Shown: piece after piece, positions 53,164 through 63,017 of the stretch
Layout: the number at the start of each line of letters is the position of its first letter
Numbering within the stretch: the stretch's first letter is position 1
Assembly (NCBI GenBank): GCA_918797485.1
Contig: CAKKNE010000003.1
Span: 3,038,001 to 3,102,000, forward strand
From: Pelagomonas calceolata
Taxonomy: Eukaryota
Reading direction: 5' to 3'
Length of the DNA: 64,000 bases
The notes under the pieces: generated by a model
Seen by the model: only the letters and a program-made list of their open reading frames with translations
Told to the model about the DNA's origin: nothing
The model's database searches: none
Translations under genes and position numbers: made by a program

Positions 53164-54021
53164 TTAGTCGGAGAGCGTGAAGCCCTGCTGCCCCGGGATG
53201 GGGCTGTTGTCGCCTCTCAATACAATCACGTCCGTCTGGAGCAGCCCGTAGAAACTCAGCGCCACCCCCAAAAAGATGGCCGGGAAGGTCAGGTAGGGCT
53301 TCAGGTACCAGGGCGCCTCCTCGCCCGTCGCCGACTCGAAGAAGCCGAAGAAGTAAAAGCCCTCGTCGCCGAAGAACTTGTCGCCGAGGTCCCCAAACGC
53401 GTTCTTCACCTGATCTAGGGGCGAGGCCTCGGCGTCGCGCTCGTCGCGGAGCGCGCGGTCGCTCGACGCGCGGACCGCTTTTTCCGCCTGCCGTCGTTCG
53501 AACTCGGCCTTGATCGAGCCGGGCGTCCGCGGCGTCAGCGGCGCGTCGCTCGCGAAGCTCGCCGACGTCTGGATGTTGCCCCGATATTCCAGAGCGGTCA
53601 CGTCGAAGGTCAGCGGCTCGTTCGCGAGGACCGCGGGCGGGACGCCCTGGATACCGTACGCGTAATCACTGGAAACGGCGAAGGACGCCCGCTCCCCGAC
53701 CGCGAGGCTCCGAATACAAAGATCCCAGCCCGGGATGAACTGCTGGTCGCCGACGGTGTACTGCGTCTGCACGCCCCTGTCCAGCAATTGGCCGGACGCC
53801 GTCCGCGCCTCGTACGTCAGTAACGCGACGTCCCCGTCGTTCCCGAACGCCGGCGCGCCGTCGCCCGTCGTCGCCGTCTTCAGCACGCCGCCGTCGCCGC
53901 TCAGGTCCTGCACCGCCGTCGCCTGACGTGGGGCCGGTCGTCTCCGCAGGGAGGGCGGCGCGACGAGCGCCCCGACGCGCGCCAGCGCGAGCAGCAGCGC
54001 GGCGCGTATCCTGGTCACCAT
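53164..54021 (-). CDS. FKBP-type peptidyl-prolyl isomerase, probably plastid-targeted, C-terminal TM helix
   Basis: DLSGDGGVLK, FIPGWDLCIRSL, YAYGIQGVPP and LTFDV, with a bipartite leader. Confidence 0.88.
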   Translation of the reverse strand: MVTRIRAALLLALARVGALVAPPSLRRRPAPRQATAVQDLSGDGGVLKTATTGDGAPAFGNDGDVALLTYEARTASGQLLDRGVQTQYTVGDQQFIPGWDLCIRSLAVGERASFAVSSDYAYGIQGVPPAVLANEPLTFDVTALEYRGNIQTSASFASDAPLTPRTPGSIKAEFERRQAEKAVRASSDRALRDERDAEASPLDQVKNAFGDLGDKFFGDEGFYFFGFFESATGEEAPWYLKPYLTFPAIFLGVALSFYGLLQTDVIVLRGDNSPIPGQQGFTLSD

Positions 54022-54093
54022 TACACACGTGGGAGCTTACAAATGTGGGGTCTGCAGCCTGTTTTACCTCGATGATGCGGGTGGTCTCTCGAA

Positions 54094-54117
54094 GCTAGCG
54101 GCCCGTAAGACACTAGC
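54094..54117 (-). promoter_or_regulatory. Bipartite upstream motif, copy 9
   Basis: Reverse complement reads GCTAGTGTCTTAC-gggc-CGCTAGC, between divergent ATGs 54021 and 54281. Confidence 0.7.
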
Positions 54118-54280
54118 AAGAGTCGTCTACTGATACGTTGCCAATGGACCATTGCCGTAGCACTAGGCAGGGAGCTATCGCGGCGCACGGGAGAGCCGCA
54201 GCGGCACAGCACAGCGCAAGGGAGAGCAGGGAGCTCTAATTCTTGTACTTAGTACCTCTTGAGCAGGCTGCCCGGATTCC

Positions 54281-56407
54281 ATGAGGGGCTCCTTCCGCCC
54301 GCCCGGCGGGCGCTACAAGGAGCGGCGGCGGCGCCCGCCGGTCGACGGGCCCCCGCGCTCGGTGAAGGAGCGCCTCGACCGGCGCTACGACCCGCGCTGC
54401 GACAATCTCGGGGACTGGGCCGCCGCGGGCGGCGCCGTCGCGCGCCCCCACACGACCGCCGGCGTGTCCGTGCAGCGGTCGCTGCGGCTCGGCGCGCAGA
54501 AGTTTTCGAGGGTGAAGCGGAGCGCGGCGCTCGCGGCGCTCGCGCGCGCCGAGGACCGAGCACGGTTGATCGAGGCCGAAGCGCGGTCGCCGCCGCCAAA
54601 GACGTACCGCGCGCCCCGGACGACGACGCGCCCCGCGACCGTGGCCTTCACGCGGCAACTCAAGCCCGTCGCGCGCGCGGCGACGCCGAAGGACGGCACG
54701 AGGCCCGCCTCGAAGGCGTCCGAGCGGCCCTCGACGGCGCCGGAGCCGGGCCAGGACGTCGAGAACGACGCCGACGAGGAGGCCGCCTTTTCGAAACACG
54801 CGCGGGACCGCTGGGACGCCGTCGCCGCTGAGGCCGCGCCGGCGCCGGAGGGCTGGCCGAGCAACTGGCCGCGCCTCGGGGGCGAGGGCTGGGCGGCCTT
54901 CCCGGGCGGCGCCTCCACCGTCGACGAGCGCTACGACGGCCGCGCGGGCTTCTACCGACTGCTCAAGGAGTGCCGCGAGGCGGGCGACGCCGCGGCCTTC
55001 CGGGCGCTCGCGGCGTGGACGTCCGGCAGCGCCAAGTACCGGGACCTCGTCGCGGCGGCCGAGCGCGCGGGCACGGGACCCGTTCCCATCCTGGCCCTGC
55101 GGCTCGCGGACGCCGAGGCCCCGCCCGCCGTCGTCGAGGCCGCGCTCGAGGCGTGCCACGCGCTCGCGCCCCACGACGACGTTTTGAATGCCTTGGCGAA
55201 GGCTCACGTGCCGAAGCGGGCCTGCGCCGCTATAACCAGAGCGGCGGACGCGGGCGAGGAGCGGATCCTGCGGCACGGGTGCCTAGTCCTGGAGATGTGT
55301 GTGAGGACGGACGGCGCGTCCCATAATTTCGGGGAGCTCTTCGCGGCCGCGTCGCGCGCGCTCGAGGCGGCCACGGGGGCGAGCGTCGAGGCCGCGTGCG
55401 CGCTCGTCGCCGCGCTGGCTTCGAACGCGGACGAGAACCAGTTGACGAAGATGCTGCCCATCGTACCAATGCTCGAGCGCGTCGCCCAGTCCGGCAGCAA
55501 GGAGAAGATCTACGAACGGCAGGCCGCGAACTCGGCGCTCCAAAAGTTGGAGTTCGCCGCGTGCCCGACCGTCGAGGAGCTCATGGCGGCGCCGCCGACG
55601 GACGACGAGGACCCCGCGGAGGTGGAGCGGAAGCGGATCGAGGCGGAGCGCGACGCGACGGAGACGAAGTTCCTCGAGACGCCCGGCGCCGCGCACGCGC
55701 GGGCCCTCGTCAAGGCCTGCGACCTCGGCGGGCCCGGGAAGGCCCAGCTCACGCTCCAGGAGGTCGAGCTGGCGCGGTCGAACGCGGCCTACGGCGATTT
55801 CGTGAAGTGGCTCCTCCGGGACCGCGCGCGCGAATTCAAGCGGAGGGCCGTCGAGATGGCACTTGGTATTACTGAGCTGACGGCGGCGTTCGCGGACTTC
55901 CAGGCGTTGATGCGGGCGGCGCGGTTGGCGCGCGAGGAGGCGGTCCAGGAGGTCGCGCGGCGGCGGGACGCGGCGGTCGACGAGGCGCGCGAGGCGGAAC
56001 TAGAAAGGAAGCGGCTCCGGAAGGAGCGCGCCGAGAAGCGCGAGGCGGCGCTGCGAAAAATCAGCCCCGCCGAGTGGGCCGCGCGCGCGGTCCTGAAGGA
56101 CGCGGACGACTCAGGCAACGGCGAGGTCTCGAAGAACGAGCTCGAGTCCTGCCTCGCGCGCCGCTCAAAGTTCCGCGCGTTCGTCACGTGGCTCCTGCGC
56201 GACTTCCGGGGCCGGACCATCGATTTGACCGGGCTCACGCAGCAGGTGCGCGTCTACCTGCGCGAGGTCCACGACGACGACGCGCTGACCGCCGTCGCGC
56301 GGCGGCCGGACAATACGTACCCCAGCGTGACCCCCCGAGCCGCGCGCGTGAGCCACGACGACTCGAGCCTCGACGGGTCAATACGTATAGAAATAAGCTC
56401 TAGGTGA
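54281..56407 (+). CDS. Hypothetical protein with ARM-like helices, coiled coil and an EF-hand
   Basis: 708-aa ORF with EF-hand loop DDSGNGEVSKNE. Confidence 0.72.
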   Translation: MRGSFRPPGGRYKERRRRPPVDGPPRSVKERLDRRYDPRCDNLGDWAAAGGAVARPHTTAGVSVQRSLRLGAQKFSRVKRSAALAALARAEDRARLIEAEARSPPPKTYRAPRTTTRPATVAFTRQLKPVARAATPKDGTRPASKASERPSTAPEPGQDVENDADEEAAFSKHARDRWDAVAAEAAPAPEGWPSNWPRLGGEGWAAFPGGASTVDERYDGRAGFYRLLKECREAGDAAAFRALAAWTSGSAKYRDLVAAAERAGTGPVPILALRLADAEAPPAVVEAALEACHALAPHDDVLNALAKAHVPKRACAAITRAADAGEERILRHGCLVLEMCVRTDGASHNFGELFAAASRALEAATGASVEAACALVAALASNADENQLTKMLPIVPMLERVAQSGSKEKIYERQAANSALQKLEFAACPTVEELMAAPPTDDEDPAEVERKRIEAERDATETKFLETPGAAHARALVKACDLGGPGKAQLTLQEVELARSNAAYGDFVKWLLRDRAREFKRRAVEMALGITELTAAFADFQALMRAARLAREEAVQEVARRRDAAVDEAREAELERKRLRKERAEKREAALRKISPAEWAARAVLKDADDSGNGEVSKNELESCLARRSKFRAFVTWLLRDFRGRTIDLTGLTQQVRVYLREVHDDDALTAVARRPDNTYPSVTPRAARVSHDDSSLDGSIRIEISSR

Positions 56408-57731
56408 ATTTACCGCCGTCGTCGTCGGCCTCCTCGGCGAGGTAGAGCCGCCGCGTCTCCTCGAGCGACTTCTCCAGCGCGACCGCCGTGACGTCGTCGG
56501 CGCCGCCGTCGCGCGCCGCCTCGAGGCACTCCCACAAGATGTCCTCGGCCTCGGCGATGACCGAGTCCGAGCAGGCGTGGCCCCGCTCGACGAGCGCGTG
56601 CGCGAGCTTCGCGCCGCAGCTCAGGGTCGTCGCGTGCGCGTCGCCGAGGGCCCGGCGCAGGCGCGGCCAGAGCTGCTTCAGGACGGCGCGCTGCTCGTCG
56701 GTCTCGCCCGCGTCGCCGAGGGCGTTCGCGAGGCCCCGCGCGGCCTCGAGCGACATGCGGGAGAGGGGCCCCTCCCGCTTCTGGACCGCGGCGACGACGC
56801 GCCGCCGCAGCCTCAGCGCCTCGGCGTAGTTGCCCAGCTGCGTGTGGCACCGCGCCAGGTTCGCCTCGATCTGGGGCGTGTGGTTCGGGAAGTGGACGCG
56901 CCCGACCGCGAGCTCGTCCTCGCGCACGGGCAGGCACTCGCGGTGCAGCCCCATCGCGCCGAGCGCGTCGCCCAGGTTGTTCATGGCGAAGACGCGGTGC
57001 AGGTCCGTCGGGTGGAGGCCGTTGTAGACGCGCCACGCCTCGCGCGCGACCGCGAGGCGGCCGACGCCGCGGAAGTCGTCGCCGCACGCGCGGCACGCAA
57101 ACCAGGGCTGGAACCGCTCGCTCCGCGCGCCGTCGCGCGCCGCGACCGTCGCCGCGTAGGCCGCGAGGCACTCGAGGTGGAAGAAGCCCGCGCCGGCCTC
57201 GCAGCCGTCGCACGCCCGGAGCAGCTGGCCGCCCTTGCCGCAGAAGCCGCACGCCGCCGTCGCGGCCTCGGCCACGTACGTCGCCACGGCCCGCTCGCGC
57301 GCCGCGTTCGCCTGGGCGTTGGCGACGTACTGGTCGAGCCCGATCCGTCTCACGTCGTCGCAGCGGTCGCGGTGGCCGCCCGACTTCCAGTGCCGCCGCT
57401 GGCACCGCGCGCCGCAGTAGGCCAGCCGGCAGTTGCCGCAGTGCGCCTTCGCCTCCGGCGCGCCGCACGCCGCGCAGATCGTCCGCGGCCGCGGCGCGCG
57501 CGCGAGGATGAGGTCCGTGACGTCGACGCGGCGCGCGGCGACCGAGGGCCGCGGTGCGGCTCGTGCGGCTTGTGCTGCTTGCGCTTGTGCCGTGACGTCC
57601 GCCGTAACGCAACGGGGCGACGACTGGCGCGCGTCGCTTTTGGCACCGGTGGTGTCATGAGTTTTGGCGGGACCAGCTGGGGAGCTGGGTTTTGCGGTCT
57701 TGCTCGGTTTTTTTTTCGTTTCTGCACACAT
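56400..57731 (-). CDS. MYND zinc finger + RING-CH-like + TPR protein
   Basis: CAACGA..CGNCRLAYCGARCQRRHW..HRDRC, CGFC..LRACDGC..HLECL..CRAC, and TPR_12-like helices (MNNLGDAL, ANLARCH). Start uncertain. Confidence 0.85.
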   Translation of the reverse strand: MCAETKKKPSKTAKPSSPAGPAKTHDTTGAKSDARQSSPRCVTADVTAQAQAAQAARAAPRPSVAARRVDVTDLILARAPRPRTICAACGAPEAKAHCGNCRLAYCGARCQRRHWKSGGHRDRCDDVRRIGLDQYVANAQANAARERAVATYVAEAATAACGFCGKGGQLLRACDGCEAGAGFFHLECLAAYAATVAARDGARSERFQPWFACRACGDDFRGVGRLAVAREAWRVYNGLHPTDLHRVFAMNNLGDALGAMGLHRECLPVREDELAVGRVHFPNHTPQIEANLARCHTQLGNYAEALRLRRRVVAAVQKREGPLSRMSLEAARGLANALGDAGETDEQRAVLKQLWPRLRRALGDAHATTLSCGAKLAHALVERGHACSDSVIAEAEDILWECLEAARDGGADDVTAVALEKSLEETRRLYLAEEADDDGGKFT

Positions 57732-57844
57732 GCTGCTCGAAATCTCTATGGAAAGAGCAGAGACGCGGCTCGAAAGGCTGTGGATGCACTACTTGGCGTT
57801 GACTAAAAAGAGAGCGAGCTTTGAGGTACTATACTTATATGTAG

Positions 57845-57873
57845 GGTACCGTAGGTAAGGTACCGTAGGTACC
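57845..57873. repeat. GGTACCGTA-unit motif cluster
   Basis: GGTACCGTAGGTA-A-GGTACCGTAGGTACC. Related copies at 59259-59281 (inverted), 60277-60295 and 62888-62900. Confidence 0.8.
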
Positions 57874-57953
57874 TTGGGAATAGCACGATGTCATGGGGCA
57901 GCCTCTTTTTGGTGTGTGGTTTGACATAAGTAGCGGAGCCATGCGATAGCGAA

Positions 57954-58996
57954 ATGGCCAGGCCGCATGTGCTGTGGGTCCTCGTCGCCGCGACGGCTCG
58001 CGCCAAGAGGAGCAACCCACCACAAAAGCCGCTCGTCGCGCGCACGTACACGACCGCGACGGTCGACGCGCTGGGAGCCGAGGCGGCGGCGGACGTCCGC
58101 GTGGCGTTCGACGGCGGCTGCCGGACGCTCGCCGGCGACGAGTGCGCCGGTCCGACGCCGCGCACCAACGGCACGGAGCCCGTCACGTTGGTGCTGATCA
58201 AGGCCACGCGGGACTGCGGCGCGAACGGGCTCTGGCATCTCCTGAACCGCTGCGTGACGGCGGCGGCGCGCGCGGCCGCGCAACGCCGGGCGGCGCTCGC
58301 GTTCGTGGCACACGACGGCGAGCCGCCAGAGGACCCGTGCCGCCTCGCGCCGCTCGCCGAGCGCTGGCGGCCGTTCCTCGAGGCCCTCTTCGCGGACGGC
58401 GTCTACGCGTCTCTCGCGTGTTACCGGCGCGCCCGCCCGAGCGCGCGGACCTACCGCGAGGTCGCCGTCGTCGCCGCCACGCCCGCGTCGCAGACCGTGC
58501 CCGAGAATTTCCGCGACGTCGGCTTCGCGGCGTTCGGCGTCCCGCCCCCGACCGACGCCGTCGGGGCCCCGAGGACCGTCCTGCATCTACGACGGGAGGA
58601 CCGCGAGGGGACGCTGCGGGCGCACCGGACGCTGCGCAACGCCTCGGTCCTCGAGGCCGCGTTCCGGCGCGCCGGCTTTAGGGTCGACCACTGCTGCGAC
58701 TTCCGCGCGCCGGACGAGCGCGCGCCGCCTCCCGTCGAGCGACCCCAACGCCCGTGGCGCGTACGGCAACTACGCCGACAAGATCGACCCGGCCGAGACC
58801 GCCGAGTACATCCCGAAGCTCCAGAAGCACCTCAAGACGATGCCCGGCGGCGAGGCCATGGCCAAGAAGGGTCGCCGGCTGGGGCGTCTTCCGGGACGCC
58901 GGGCGGAACACGATCTACGTGGACCGCGTCGCGAAAAAGTGCTACCGGTCGAAGCCCCAGGTCGAGGCGGCGCTCACGGCCGAGGCGTCGGCCTGA
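57954..58996 (+). pseudogene. Chimeric locus: truncated GT61-like glycosyltransferase fused out of frame to a frameshifted MBD-like C-terminus
   Basis: Signal peptide, NGLWHLL and VLHLRR..RTLRNASVLEAAFRRAGFRV, but no HGAG motif. From about 58714 another frame reads YGNYADKIDP..AMAKK, then a +1 shift at 58870 to VAGWGVFRDAGRNTIYVDRVAKKCYRSKPQVEAAL*. Confidence 0.6.
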
Positions 58997-59289
58997 GGTG
59001 GCGCTGGCTTATGATCGCGCGCTGATCCTGCCCACTCCCTCCCCACGGATAACATTCTCGTCGAGCTACGCTCGAGGGGGTACGCGCCGCCCGACTGTCC
59101 ATGATTTACAGGAATTACGTAAGGCTGCTTTTACTACACATAGCGCGGCACTACATATAGCAACGGAGGGGTCTTTCTTCATGAGCTGCACGAGGTCTGC
59201 CTAGAGCGAGAGCGACGCGACCCACTCGCGCATCGCCGCGAGAGACGCACGCACTGTAGGTACCTACGGTACCTAAGGTACTGGCAACA

Positions 59290-62200
59290 GTAACCGTAGT
59301 TAGCCCCACTGGCACTTCAACTTATACTAGCTATATCCCCTTTTTATGCCAGCAGGGAGAAGCGTCCGGCGGCAGATGCCTCGGTACAAGCATGGCGTCC
59401 AACGGACTAAATCTAGCAGAGTTACGAGGCTTGGTGTACTCAGGCTGATCATGATCATGATAGTCCGAGTCTTGTGCCCGGAGCCGGTATTTCCCTATAT
59501 CCAAGTGGATCACACCCAGTACTAAGTAGCAGCCACAAAAACACCAGGGTGAACCTAAAGTAAGTTCACTTTACGCAGTCACGGTCACCGTCACCGTGAT
59601 GGTGACTGGCACTGTGACGGTCACGGTCACCTTTGTTAACTCAATCAGGGCCTCACTGTTGTGTCCCTCATGATGTTTTTGGATTCGAGAATGACGAGAC
59701 TTTAGTTGGCCTCCCCCGCGGACACACGAATGTGGCCCATGCACATGGGATGGTTTCTAGTGGAATTACGCAACGTGCAGCAATCATTGCTCATGTTGCT
59801 AGTTCCAGTGCCTCTCTTCAATACTTAGCTCAGTTTTGTTCTTCTGTAGGTCCCCGTGCCAATGCTCGAAGATGTGCTACGTGAGGCACCCTTCGCAACA
59901 CCTCGTTTTCCTTGGCTGAAAGATAGAGGTTGGCTCACGAACCAACTTGCTTTGGAGCAGAAAATTCTTGAGAGTGCGGAGCGCGTCTTCCGTGCTCAGC
60001 AGGAGAAAGTTCAGGAACTAGCCAGCCGCCTTGCTGCTCAGAAATGAGAGGCCTGCTGGACTCGAGGACCAAATGCATAATAATAACCATAATTAATAAT
60101 AAGTCACGCAGCCCCCGCGGCGGCCTGTGGCTAGGCGGCCTGGCTCTAAGCAAAGCAATAATTAGGTCTTCCTATTCTTAGGAACTTGATTTTAGATCTA
60201 TGGATAATGGTACACCAGGGCCTGACCACTCGAATTGCCTGGTTGTCTCCATTGCTTGTGGCGGGTCACACGCATAGTACCACGGTACCTAGGTAGACGC
60301 TCCTTACCTCGCAATGGGCGCCGCCGCAATTGGCAGTCCTTGCCGGTAACTGGCAGCCATGAAACTCGCTGAGGTATATTGTCAAGCAGCCCCGCGAGCC
60401 TTGATCTAGTCAAATTTATGTGGGGGCGCCGCGACGGCGTCGTGCATTTCGGCAGCGCAAAGGTGAATTTTTTTGGCGCGCAAACGAGTATTAGATACAT
60501 TGCCCGACGCGCCGCGAGGCATTGGTCCAGCCCGAGGCTTAGCACAAAAATTTCTCCTGGGGCATTGGCAGTGTGCGCGGTCTTGGGCGCTTCTCGCGTT
60601 TCGCTCACAATACCGCCACTCGACGTCAAAGAAATAAAGAGAAGTGAGAACGCACGGACGTGTTGCGTCGAGAACGATGGTATTTTTGGTGATGTACCTA
60701 TCTCATTCGTCATACTCCTTCACAATCTGTTCGATTGTGGGTTTTCATGACATATCGGATCGAGATGTTAGCGCGACGAGTTTTATCTATGGAACACGAC
60801 ACAATCGACGATCAATGTTGAACAATGCGTGAGCATGGTTACAGACTAATCGCGAATTGTGGGGTATCCACACCGATTTGTGCCTTTGGAGGTCCTATCG
60901 ACATCAACATGTAGGAGTGGGTCCATTTTGTTTGAGGGATGCGTTTCAGGGTCCCAAGACGAATTGATACTACTTGGCAGATCGTCGGTACGATTGCATC
61001 GTGTTGGAAGTACATATCGATTATGGGTAGAAATGGCCCATCGTCCTTGAACATGATGCCCCTGGCCAAAATATAAATGATGGAGCGCCCCGGGGTCCCA
61101 GAGTGACGCTCCATGCCTGACCTAGACGTCGGTAGATTACTATTTTCGGAAGTAGTAGTTGTGATGAGCTCATGTTGTCGATGGGGTTTTAGTCACATTG
61201 TGGGGCTGCAACTACTGGTTCCATGATTTAGTTGGGTTTAATAGGTCTGCGATCCCAAGTTCTCTGCTTGTCACAGCACGAATTGAGGTCGGCGCCGACT
61301 CTTACAGGTCCTCGAAGTCGAGACTACTCAGGGGTGTGTTCGACATGGTGTTACATGACATGGGACACCTAGCATGATTTAGCTGGGATCAGTAGGTGAT
61401 TCGCGCAAAGTCTACTGCTTGACACTTGATGGTTAGAGGTCACGGCCTCAAATTACAGGTCCTCGAAGTCGAGACTTTCGAGGGTGCTTTAGACCTAGTT
61501 CCTGAGGTTTCTATCTTAGGGGATGCCTTGTCCCAGTTGCGCGGTGGCACTTCCAGGTACTTTGAGTTGTTTTTCCCAGGATAACGACGCGTTCTCGTGG
61601 TGCTGGAAATGCTCCTTGATGAGCTGTCTCGAGAAAGGTCGTACTGTTGTGCGTTGGGTCTTATGTAGATAAGAAATCATCGAGGTATTGTGGAGAGTGG
61701 CTGGGCACCTTCTGCCAGTTGAAATAAGGGTGTGGTGGTTTGTGGTCATTAAATGATGATCCGCAGCTCGAAAACTTGTGCTCCTAGGCGACTGATGGGG
61801 TGTTAGTCGTAGCAAAAATGGGATGCGACGTCCACCTGATGAAGGGCAAGCACGTGCCGTTTGCCACCGATAAAATTGGGACGCGTAGTGGCACTTTATG
61901 TGCGTTTTTGTGGGGTTCGGAACGTCTAGAGTGGTTTGTGTTGTGACTTGAATAGGGCATTGGTCCGGGAGGGGCGCGCTCGCGACTCCTCGGGGCGGGG
62001 GCGGTGTTTGTCGACTGGGCGTCGATGGTTTACAGCTCGTTCGGGGTGCCTAGAGTACGTTGTGGGCTTTCCCCGGTATTGATTGTATGCGTTCGCGAAG
62101 CCTGGGGCCGTCCCGAGGGCTAGGCAGGACGACCTCGCGGTCGGTAGAACCGCAACTTCGGGTAAAATGAATTACAACCTATAAACAAATGCGCCGTGAT
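59290..62200. other. Low-GC island with no credible host-type gene
   Basis: By eye roughly balanced base composition versus the very high GC of the flanking genes. Only short ORFs with atypical codon usage. Confidence 0.75.
61222..61500. repeat. Degenerate tandem repeat, period 151 bp
   Basis: CATGATTTAG(T/C)TGGG at 61222 and 61373. Identical 24-mer TTACAGGTCCTCGAAGTCGAGACT at 61302 and 61453. Confidence 0.9.
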
Positions 62201-62293
62201 CACCAAAACGTAAAGGACACGCGAGGTGGGGGTTGGGGGTCGAAGTGGGTGGGGGGGGCGGGGGTCACGACCCGGCATCAGGAGCCAGAGGAT

Positions 62294-62581
62294 TCAGGGA
62301 GGGTGGAGGGAGGAGCGTCTCGATCCCCGGGCCCGTACCGCCGCCACCGCGTCACGTTGCTCTGCGCCGGCCTGCAGCAGGAGCTCGACGATCGCTGAAG
62401 CGTTTGCCGAGTGTTCTATTGCTTGCGAAATAAGATGTTTTAAAGAAGGAAGAATGAATGGGTGGCCTTCCAGCGCTTCATCGACGAACTCGTTGCCGCC
62501 GTTTTTGAGCCATGCGCTCACCGCGACGAGGTCGCCGTCGCATACCGCGTCGACGACCGACTCGGGAATATTTTGAGCCAT
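62294..62581 (-). pseudogene. Short or truncated ankyrin-like ORF bordering the low-GC island
   Basis: VVDAVCDGDLVAVSAWL..IVELLLQAGA. No convincing downstream exon found. Confidence 0.5.
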
Positions 62582-63017
62582 CACGTCCGCACTGCGGCAA
62601 AATGCAGAGCTGCGCTCGGTGTCCGCCTCCGAATTCGAGAGACCCGTTTACCTGGTCTTTGTCCGAGGGGGCTGCCGCGGCCGCCGGATCTCGCGGAACC
62701 GCGAGGCTCGCGGGCTTTACTTGATTTCCTCCTTCAGGTTCGGGCGCGCTGCCGGGCGCGGCGCTGCGGGCGCACGTGCGCTGCGGGCGCGTGTGCTGCA
62801 CGGTGTCTTGGTAGCGTGGAGCTGCGCGTGGGCAGTGCGGCGGGCAGCGTCTATCACTCTTGCGAGGCGAGTTGGCTTCGGACAAAAGTACCGTAGGTAC
62901 TGCTATCTACCTTATTCACTATAGGTCTATTCTGTCCGGTAAAATAAGGGGCCCGGTAATATAATGGCCGCGGAGAACGACCGGTGGGTACTACGGAAGA
63001 GTGAAGGTGCCAACAAA

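Noticed and set aside
56400..56407. 8-bp overlap of convergent stop regions
   Set aside because: Expected in such a compact genome, where several convergent pairs are only a few bases apart.
59856..60047. 63-aa ORF with a coiled-coil-like end in the low-GC island
   Set aside because: Short, no recognisable domain, atypical codon usage, and no reliable upstream exon.
61222..61500. Repeat-spacer-like pattern suggesting CRISPR
   Set aside because: Only two copies, the 'spacers' are homologous to each other, there are no cas genes and the context is eukaryotic.
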